Positions 6,800 through 13,156 of a stretch of DNA of 13,156 nucleotides are shown one piece after another (position 1 is the stretch's first letter; every line of letters begins with the position of its first letter). The notes beneath the pieces were generated by a model that searched no databases, was not told the origin of the DNA, and was given only the letters and a program-made list of their open reading frames with translations. The position numbers and the translations under genes were made by a program. Origin of the DNA: Fidelibacterota bacterium (lineage in GTDB: Bacteria > Fidelibacterota > Marinisomatia > Marinisomatales > S15-B10); contig JBHIAI010000046.1 in assembly GCA_046861655.1 (NCBI GenBank), forward strand, positions 1-13,156, in the 5' to 3' direction.

Positions 6800-7825
6800 G
6801 TGTCGCTCCGTGATTCCATAGAAGAAATCAGGCGGGCCTTCCAGAATGAGGTCGAAGGTCTGGAACTTTCGGACCAGGCCCTGGAAGACCTTAGGATCCG
6901 ATTCCTGGGTCGGAAAGGGGAGATCTCTCGCCTCTTTTCCCGGTTGGGTCAGGAACGGGAGGAATCTCGCCAGGATCTGGGCCGGGCCCTGAATTCGCTG
7001 AAAAGCGATGTCCAGGAAACACTCTCGGGACTCCGCAGGAAGATTCCCGAACCGCGTCTGCGGCCCTCAGGACGGGTACAGGATTCCAGCCTTCCGGGAG
7101 ACTTTTTCCCCGTAGGATCACTTCACCCCATCGAACAGACGCTCAGACAGGTTAAGGAAATCTTTACCTCTGCGGGATTCTCTGTAGCCTACGGACCCGA
7201 AGTGGACGACGACTACCATAACTTTGAGGCTCTCAACATTCCGAGGCACCATCCCGCCCGGGATATGCAGGACACATTCTATGTGTCGGAGGATATTGTG
7301 TTGAGGACCCATACGTCCAATACCCAGATCCACGTCATGGAGTCACAGGATCCTCCACTGAGGATTATCGTCCCCGGGAGGGTGTACCGGAACGAGGCCA
7401 TTAGCGTTCGAAGTTATTGCGTGTTTCACCAGGTGGAAGGACTCTATGTGAATGAGCATGTCTCCTTTGCCGAACTGAAGGGAACCATGGAATACTTCGT
7501 CAGGGAGTTCTTCGGCCCGGACGCCAGGTCCCGTTTCCGGCCCAGCTTCTTTCCTTTCACCGAGCCCAGTGCAGAGGTGGACGTATCGTGCTTTCTTTGC
7601 TCCGGAAAGGGATGTTCCACGTGCAAGAAAACGGGGTGGTTGGAAATCCTGGGCTGTGGGATTGTGGATCCAGCCGTTTTCGATGCCGTAGGATACGATC
7701 CCCGGAGGTGGACGGGATACGCCTTCGGAATCGGCATCGAGCGCATGGCCATGCTGAAATACCAGATTGATGACATCCGTCTCTTCTTCACTGGAGACGT
7801 CCGTTTCTTAAGACAATTCCCATGA
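6800..7825 (+). CDS. pheS: Phenylalanine--tRNA ligase alpha subunit
   Basis: FLGRKG, GSLHP, NFEALNIP.HHPARDMQDTF, LRTHTS, PGRVYR, FHQVEGL, FPFTEPSAEVD and GYAFGIGIER. It carries a CxxCxxxGCxxC insert. GTG start. Confidence 0.97.
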   Translation: MSLRDSIEEIRRAFQNEVEGLELSDQALEDLRIRFLGRKGEISRLFSRLGQEREESRQDLGRALNSLKSDVQETLSGLRRKIPEPRLRPSGRVQDSSLPGDFFPVGSLHPIEQTLRQVKEIFTSAGFSVAYGPEVDDDYHNFEALNIPRHHPARDMQDTFYVSEDIVLRTHTSNTQIHVMESQDPPLRIIVPGRVYRNEAISVRSYCVFHQVEGLYVNEHVSFAELKGTMEYFVREFFGPDARSRFRPSFFPFTEPSAEVDVSCFLCSGKGCSTCKKTGWLEILGCGIVDPAVFDAVGYDPRRWTGYAFGIGIERMAMLKYQIDDIRLFFTGDVRFLRQFP

Positions 7826-9879
7826 TCGTCAGCATCGATTGGCTCAAAGACTTTGTCGACATAGAGGCCCCGGCCCGGGAACTGGCCGATCTGCTCACCA
7901 ACGCCTCCATCGAAACTATTCCCGTGCCAGGGGAGAGAGCCCTGGATGTGGAAACCATGCCCAATCGACCTGACTGCATGTCCCATGTAGGTATCGCCCG
8001 TGAAATTGCCCTTATTACAGGCAAAAAACTTAGACTACCTAAAGTAACACTCAAGGAATCAGAACGGCGGACGGCGGAGGAAGTTCGGGTGGATATCCTG
8101 GATCCGGAACGGTGTCCCCGGTACGCCTGCCGGGTGGTGAGGAATGTAACGGTGGGTCCGTCTCCATCATGGATGGTGGAACGCCTTAAGATGGCGGGCA
8201 TCAGGAGCCTGAACAACGTGGTAGACATTTCGAACTATGTCCTGATGGAGCTTGGCCACCCACTGCACGTGTTTGATCTGGATACGGTAAGAAAAAACAC
8301 GATCCTGGTCCGCATGGGAAAGAGGGGAGATACCCTGACCACTCTGGATGGGGAGGAACGAAAGATCGGGCCCGAGAATCTTCTGATTTGTGACGCCGAG
8401 CGGCCGGTGGCCCTGGCAGGGGTGATGGGGGGTGAGAACTCAGAAGTGACTGAAACGACGAAACACGTATTGATTGAGAGCGCCTATTTTGATCCTGTGA
8501 CTATCCGGAAGGGGTCCAGGAGCCTCGGTCTTTCCACGGAGGCCTCCAAGCGATTTGAGCGGGGAACGGACTATGTGGGGCTCCTCAGGGCCCTGGACAG
8601 GGTGGCTCACATGATATGGCAGTTGGCCGGCGGTGAAGTTCTCAAAGGGGTGGTCGACGAGTATCCCCTCAAGATGAAGCGCAAGAGTATCACCCTGAAT
8701 TCAGGGAACGCGGACGCCGTGGCGGGGGTGCATTTCAACCACAGGTTCATTCAGAAGACTTTCAGGGGACTGGAGATTTCTTTCACTCGGTCTGGAGCTT
8801 CCTACCGGTGCCTTATGCCCACATTCCGGCCGGACCTGACCCGTTCCATCGACCTGGTGGAGGAACTCACCCGGGTCTACGGGTATGAGAACATCGAATC
8901 GGATACCGCGTTTGAAGGTCTTCTGGGTAAGGATACCGGGGATCGAATGGAGGAGATCAGCCGGCTGAAGGCATTCTTCGCGGGCCTGGGGTTTAACGAG
9001 TGTGTATCCAACAGTCTGATCAACCGGGAGCAGTCGGGACACTGTTTCCCGGGCGAGGGGGTAGGGGTCCGAAATCCCCTGAGCCTTGAGATGTCCGTAC
9101 TTCGAACGTCCCTGCTTCCGGGTCTTTTCAGCGCCGTCTCCCACAACCTGAAACGGGATGAACAGGACCTGGCCCTTTTCGAATACGGAAACATCTTCCT
9201 GCCCCATAAGGAGTCGGTTACGGGATGCAAGGAGAAAGAACAGTTTTCCGGGGTCATCTGTGGCCACAGGCGTCCCCGGCGATGGAAGGGGGGACCGGAG
9301 GAGAATGATTTCTATGTACTCAAAGGGTATATGCAAGCTTTGGCTGCGTTTCTGCGTCTTGAGAGAGTCCAATTCTCCGACCTGTCGAGAAAGCCTGGGT
9401 TTCTCTTCGGTCAGGCCCTGAGGCACCGGGAGGGAAGGACTCTCGCTGAGTTCGGTGAATTCCGGCCGAACGTTCTGGACGCCTATGACATTTCTATCCC
9501 GGTTTTCGGGTTCATTCTGAACCTGGAGACGGTTCGAAAGATTATGCGGAAGGACCGGGTTCACACCGCCCCTTCCCAGTACCCCGGCATCTCGAGGGAC
9601 CTGTCGTTTGTGGTGAAAAAGAATACGCCCGTGGGAGACATTCAGGCCGTGATGAACGCCTGGGGTACCGGTCTCCTCAAGAGGGTGACCCTGTACGACA
9701 TGTATGAGGGAAAAACCATTCCCCGGGGACACAAGAGTGTCACTTTCAATCTGTTCTTTCAGGACAGGAAACGAACTCTAAAAGACGAGGAGGTAGATGA
9801 AATCGTATCTACCATCATCTCAAAGGTATCGGAGGGATTGAACGCAGCATTAAGGAAGGCTTCACAGGAAGAGGAGTGA
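7822..9879 (+). CDS. pheT: Phenylalanine--tRNA ligase beta subunit, short form without the B2 OB-fold domain
   Basis: PNRPDCMSH.GIARE, NNVVDISNYV.MELGHPLH.FD, LAGVMGG, ESAYF, S.RFERG, RPDL....DLVEE and NPLS....LRTSLLPGL. The C-terminal FDX-ACB domain is present (YPGISRDLS...RTLKDEEV). The start overlaps the pheS stop (ATGA). Confidence 0.96.
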   Translation: MIVSIDWLKDFVDIEAPARELADLLTNASIETIPVPGERALDVETMPNRPDCMSHVGIAREIALITGKKLRLPKVTLKESERRTAEEVRVDILDPERCPRYACRVVRNVTVGPSPSWMVERLKMAGIRSLNNVVDISNYVLMELGHPLHVFDLDTVRKNTILVRMGKRGDTLTTLDGEERKIGPENLLICDAERPVALAGVMGGENSEVTETTKHVLIESAYFDPVTIRKGSRSLGLSTEASKRFERGTDYVGLLRALDRVAHMIWQLAGGEVLKGVVDEYPLKMKRKSITLNSGNADAVAGVHFNHRFIQKTFRGLEISFTRSGASYRCLMPTFRPDLTRSIDLVEELTRVYGYENIESDTAFEGLLGKDTGDRMEEISRLKAFFAGLGFNECVSNSLINREQSGHCFPGEGVGVRNPLSLEMSVLRTSLLPGLFSAVSHNLKRDEQDLALFEYGNIFLPHKESVTGCKEKEQFSGVICGHRRPRRWKGGPEENDFYVLKGYMQALAAFLRLERVQFSDLSRKPGFLFGQALRHREGRTLAEFGEFRPNVLDAYDISIPVFGFILNLETVRKIMRKDRVHTAPSQYPGISRDLSFVVKKNTPVGDIQAVMNAWGTGLLKRVTLYDMYEGKTIPRGHKSVTFNLFFQDRKRTLKDEEVDEIVSTIISKVSEGLNAALRKASQEEE

Positions 9880-9882
9880 GAC

Positions 9883-10185
9883 ATGGAGGATCAAAGAGAA
9901 AACCTGGTTCGGGTGACCATTTTCGGTCAGGAGTATACTGTCAAGGCCAAGGCGAATGTGGACTACATCGCCGACGTAGCAAAGCACGTGGACAGAGAAA
10001 TGAGAAAAGTGGAGGAGGGACTTCCGTCCTCTCAATCGGCCATGAGAATTGCCATCCTGGCCGCAATGAGTATCACAGACGAGTTGTTTTCCTCCCGGCG
10101 GGAGAGTGACCGTATCCTGGATCAGGTGGAGCACAAAACAGCCTCTTTGGTAGAAGCCATTGAGGAGGCCACTCCATCCCCGTAA
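9883..10185 (+). CDS. zapA: Cell division protein ZapA
   Basis: VTIFGQEY.V...YI..VA..VD..M...RIAILAAMSITDELF followed by a coiled coil. SD GAGGAG upstream; usual position after pheT. Confidence 0.88.
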   Translation: MEDQRENLVRVTIFGQEYTVKAKANVDYIADVAKHVDREMRKVEEGLPSSQSAMRIAILAAMSITDELFSSRRESDRILDQVEHKTASLVEAIEEATPSP

Positions 10186-10201
10186 GGGCGAGACAGACCG
10201 C

Positions 10202-11107
10202 ATGGTAACGACGAAGATCCTCTCGGGAAAAGAGGTGGCGAACGAGGTGTACCGAAGGCTTGGACCCACTTTGGAGCGGCTAAGATCGAAAGGGGTTATT
10301 CCGGGGCTGGCGGCGGTCCTGGTGGGGGACGACCCCGCATCCCAGGTGTACGTCCGGAGCAAAACCCGAAGATTTGAGAAACTGGGGCTTTATTCCGAGA
10401 CGTTCCGTTTCCCTTCCGGTGTTGAGGAAAACGAACTGGTGGAAAAGATCAGGGATTTAAACCTGGATCCTCGGTTCCATGGGATTCTGGTCCAGCTTCC
10501 GCTGCCGGATCCTATGGATAGCGAGAGGGTGCTCTACGAAGTATCTCCCGAAAAGGACGTGGACGGATTCCACCCCGAAAATCTGGGCCGGCTGGCCCTG
10601 GGAAAACCGCGGTTTATTCCCTGCACTCCCAAAGGGATCCTGGCCATTCTTCAGCACTACGGCATACCGACCAGCGGAAAACACGCTGTGGTGGTGGGCA
10701 GGAGCAATATTGTGGGACGGCCCATGTCCCTCCTTTTGGGGCTCAAGAAGTCCACGGGAAATGCCACCGTCACCGTCTGTCATTCCCGGACACCGGACAT
10801 GGGCTACTTCACCCGCCAGGCCGACATCATCGTGGCCGCCGTGGGTATACCGGGATTCATCCGGGAGGACATGATCTCGGCGGGCGCCACCCTCATCGAT
10901 GTGGGGATCACTCGAGTGGAGGATGATTCGGAGAAAGGGTACCATCTACAGGGAGACGTTGACGCCGAGTCGGTGACAGGACTCGCCGGGGCTCTGACCC
11001 CTGTCCCCGGGGGCGTGGGACCCATGACCATAGCCATGCTGGTAGAGAACACGGTGGAGGCTGCCGTAACGTCCCTGGAGAAGGAGGGGATACCCGCAGG
11101 AGGATGA
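10202..11107 (+). CDS. folD: Bifunctional methylenetetrahydrofolate dehydrogenase/cyclohydrolase FolD
   Basis: PGLAAVLVGDDPASQVYVRSK, HGILVQLPLP, KDVDGFHP.N.G, PCTP.GI, VVGRSNIVGRP and TPVPGGVGPMTIAML. ATG 10202 (MVTTKILSGK) fits the family start and avoids overlap with zapA. Confidence 0.97.
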   Translation: MVTTKILSGKEVANEVYRRLGPTLERLRSKGVIPGLAAVLVGDDPASQVYVRSKTRRFEKLGLYSETFRFPSGVEENELVEKIRDLNLDPRFHGILVQLPLPDPMDSERVLYEVSPEKDVDGFHPENLGRLALGKPRFIPCTPKGILAILQHYGIPTSGKHAVVVGRSNIVGRPMSLLLGLKKSTGNATVTVCHSRTPDMGYFTRQADIIVAAVGIPGFIREDMISAGATLIDVGITRVEDDSEKGYHLQGDVDAESVTGLAGALTPVPGGVGPMTIAMLVENTVEAAVTSLEKEGIPAGG

Positions 11108-11115
11108 GATCCCCC

Positions 11116-11144
11116 TTTATGCCCACACGCGGAGGGTGTAAATT
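11116..11144 (+). promoter_or_regulatory. Possible promoter for tRNA-Arg and the downstream genes
   Basis: TAAATT (11139-11144) is the same -10 hexamer found upstream of tRNA-Val. A weak -35 TTTATG lies 17 bp upstream. Confidence 0.35.
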
Positions 11145-11152
11145 ACTCATAA

Positions 11153-11226
11153 GCCCGCGTAGCTCAGCTGGATAGAGCGTCGGCCTCCGGAGCCGAAGGC
11201 CACAGGTTCGAATCCTGTCGCGGGTA
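11153..11226 (+). tRNA. tRNA-Arg(CCG), no encoded CCA
   Basis: Acceptor GCCCGCG/CGCGGGT (G1.U72), D loop with A20, anticodon arm TCGGC-CTCCGGA-GCCGA (CCG at 11187-11189), T arm ACAGG-TTCGAAT-CCTGT, discriminator A11226. Confidence 0.97.
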
Positions 11227-11261
11227 CGCGACTTTTCCGCTAGGATACATGGAGAAACCTG

Positions 11262-12017
11262 ATGAACCTGACCGTACTGGGATCGGGCACGGTCATACCC
11301 CATCCAGAGAGGGGAAACAGTGGATATTTTCTCCGGACACCCGGCCACGGAATCCTGATGGACGGAGGCGCAGGAGCCCTGAGAAAAATGGCGGATTTCG
11401 GATTGGACTACCGCCTGGTCGACACCGTTGCCTATACCCATTTTCATCCCGATCATACCCTGGACCTCGTTCCGCTCCTTTTTTCACTCAAGCATGATCC
11501 CTCCGTGGAGCGGCCCAGGAGCCTGAGAATCCTGGGACCCCCCGGGTTTCAGTCCTTCTTCGACAGGGTAATGGACGTGTACGGCGAATGGGTCCGGTCA
11601 GAGGACATTACCGTCGGGATAGACGAGGTATTCCGGGACAGGATTGACCTGGAGGATATCCAGATCACTACGGCCCACACCGAACATACCCCTGAGAGTG
11701 TCGTCTACAGGTTCCAAGAGCGGGGAGGAGGGAGCCTGTTCTATTCCGGGGATACCGGCGTGAACGATGAATTGATCGGTACGGCCAGGAACGTGGACGT
11801 ACTGGTGCTTGAGTGCTCCCTCCCCGATGGGCAGAAGAGCCCCGGTCACCTGACGCCGTCAGAATGCGGCCGGATTGCGGAACAAACCGCCTGTGGAAGG
11901 CTCGTTCTGACTCATTTTTACCCTCAGGTCCTCCATACGGATATTCTCGCGTCCGTGTCCCGGTCGTACACAGGACAGGTAGACCTGGCCTTCGACGGAA
12001 TGGAGGTGGAGATCTGA
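11262..12017 (+). CDS. Metallo-beta-lactamase-fold hydrolase, RNase Z/ElaC-like, without an exosite arm
   Basis: N-terminal LTVLGSG...P, D.G.G, THFHPDH (HxHxDH), YSGDT, L.LECS, GHLTP and LVLTHFYP. SD GGAGA at 11251-11255. Confidence 0.85.
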   Translation: MNLTVLGSGTVIPHPERGNSGYFLRTPGHGILMDGGAGALRKMADFGLDYRLVDTVAYTHFHPDHTLDLVPLLFSLKHDPSVERPRSLRILGPPGFQSFFDRVMDVYGEWVRSEDITVGIDEVFRDRIDLEDIQITTAHTEHTPESVVYRFQERGGGSLFYSGDTGVNDELIGTARNVDVLVLECSLPDGQKSPGHLTPSECGRIAEQTACGRLVLTHFYPQVLHTDILASVSRSYTGQVDLAFDGMEVEI

Positions 12018-12019
12018 CG

Positions 12020-13027
12020 GTGAGGATTTCCGGCATCTCCAGAGTTCTTCTTCTGATCATCGTGACGGTGATTATCGGCACCATAGGCTTCAGAATGGTG
12101 GGGGGCAACCGGTGGTCTTTGCTGGACAGCCTCTACATGGCTGTGATCACCCTGTCCACCGTGGGATTCACGGAAGTTCACCCTCTGGGTGCGGCGGGGA
12201 AACTGTGGACCATTATTCTCATCACTCTGGGTATAGGGATCGTCGCCTATGCCGTTGGACAGACGACCCAGTATATCTTGAACCTGGAACGATTCAGGAG
12301 AAAAAAGATGGCCAAACGACTATCGTCCTTGAAGAAACACTTTATCGTTTGCGGATATGGCCGTATGGGAAAGGTGATCTGCGAGGAGCTCGAGAAACAG
12401 AATCTCCCCTTTGCCGTTGTCGAGGTCGATCCGGAGAAGATCGCGTTGATACAGGACAGAGGATACCTCGTTGTGGAGGGGGATGCCACGTTGGATAGAA
12501 CGCTTCAGGAGGCCCGGATTGAAACCGCCGCGGGGTTGGTTGTTGTGTTGAGTTCGGATTCGGACATTCTGTTTGTCACCATGGCCGCCCGGACCTTGAA
12601 TCCGGAAATCTTCATCATGAGCCGGTGCAGTGTGGACGAGAGTGCTCAGAAGCTCCTGAGGGCGGGTGCCAGCAAGGTGGTAAACCCGTACGTCGCTGGG
12701 GGTCACAAGATGTCGGAGTTGTTGGTGGCCCCGTACGTTGAGGATTCAGTGGAAATATCCACACCCCGGCGGAAGATTGATCTACTCGTGGAAGAAATCA
12801 AAGTGGAGAACACGGAAGGGGTTGCGGGTGTTCCCATCAGGGAGTCGCGGATACGTGAGGATTATCATCTCTTGATCACCGGCATTATTGATGAGAAAGG
12901 GGAAATGATTTTCAGTCCCGATCCTGATACGCGGCTGAAGGAGGGTTACACGTTGATGCTCATGGGTGAAAAAGAGAATCTTCACACCTTTAAGGAGAAG
13001 GTATGCCGGATGGCCACCGGGTCATGA
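12020..13027 (+). CDS. 2-TM potassium/cation channel with RCK (TrkA-N/TrkA-C) domains, MthK/Kch-like
   Basis: TM1, pore helix (SLLDSLYMAVITLSTVGFTE), TM2, then HFIVCGYGRMG and GDAT....L..A.I..A, LLRAGASKVVNP and a TrkA-C domain. The GTG at 12020 follows GGAGGTGGAG. The track's 11813 start is an extension overlapping the upstream gene. Confidence 0.9.
   Translation: MRISGISRVLLLIIVTVIIGTIGFRMVGGNRWSLLDSLYMAVITLSTVGFTEVHPLGAAGKLWTIILITLGIGIVAYAVGQTTQYILNLERFRRKKMAKRLSSLKKHFIVCGYGRMGKVICEELEKQNLPFAVVEVDPEKIALIQDRGYLVVEGDATLDRTLQEARIETAAGLVVVLSSDSDILFVTMAARTLNPEIFIMSRCSVDESAQKLLRAGASKVVNPYVAGGHKMSELLVAPYVEDSVEISTPRRKIDLLVEEIKVENTEGVAGVPIRESRIREDYHLLITGIIDEKGEMIFSPDPDTRLKEGYTLMLMGEKENLHTFKEKVCRMATGS
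12296..12310 (+). promoter_or_regulatory. Internal in-frame translation initiation site (SD + ATG) for a soluble RCK subunit
   Basis: AGGAG (12296-12300), then AAAAAAG, then ATG (12308-12310), in frame, between TM2 and the RCK domain. Confidence 0.6.
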
Positions 13028-13029
13028 TA

Positions 13030-13057
13030 ATTGCGCATAAGATATATTATGTCTACT
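13030..13057 (+). other. dif site (XerC/XerD chromosome dimer resolution site)
   Basis: ATTGCGCATAA-GATATA-TTATGTCTACT compared with E. coli dif GGTGCGCATAA-TGTATA-TTATGTTAAAT: 9/11 in the XerC arm, 8/11 in the XerD arm, 11-6-11 architecture, intergenic. Confidence 0.88.
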
Positions 13058-13156
13058 TCAATCATCATTCGTCGATACAACCCTACACCCCGTCATCCGA
13101 AATCCATTCAAGCAAGCTAACGAGCACGTTGAATCGGAATGAAATCGAGTGCATTA

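Noticed and set aside
10160..10201. folD start at 10160
   Set aside because: It overlaps zapA, and family homology begins at ATG 10202.
5065..11825. KOPS (GGGNAGGG) polarity toward dif
   Set aside because: By eye I found three on + (5065, 6220, 9059) and two on - (9570, 11818). This is no meaningful bias, and this lineage may use another motif.
11813..12019. N-terminal extension of the channel ORF given by the track
   Set aside because: It overlaps the hydrolase gene by about 200 nt, and a strong SD plus GTG at 12020 directly precedes TM1.
11153..13156. Genomic island integrated at tRNA-Arg
   Set aside because: There is no integrase and no repeat of the tRNA 3' end, and the downstream genes look like the core genes in composition.

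Overview
This is a GC-rich bacterial core-genome segment with every gene on the + strand. In order: lat (5'-truncated), rsmI, tmk, an S41 tail-specific protease, a promoter, tRNA-Val(GAC), thrS-infC-rpmI-rplT-pheS-pheT, zapA, folD, tRNA-Arg(CCG), an RNase Z-like metallo-beta-lactamase-fold hydrolase and a 2TM/RCK cation channel. Two bases after the last stop codon is a clear XerC/XerD dif site (13030-13057), so the window probably ends at the replication terminus or at a Xer-mediated insertion junction. I see no transposase, CRISPR array or defence system. The most interesting signals are translational and are missed by the ORF track. rsmI has no canonical start codon; its likely start is an AUC inside a hairpin, directly behind an in-frame UGA. 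infC starts at AUA. The channel has an internal SD+AUG that would yield a soluble RCK subunit. A CCA-less tRNA sits directly upstream of an RNase Z-family gene. PheT lacks its B2 domain. Gene content suggests an FCB-group-like bacterium, which is inference only. All family assignments come from motif recognition by eye; no database search was run.
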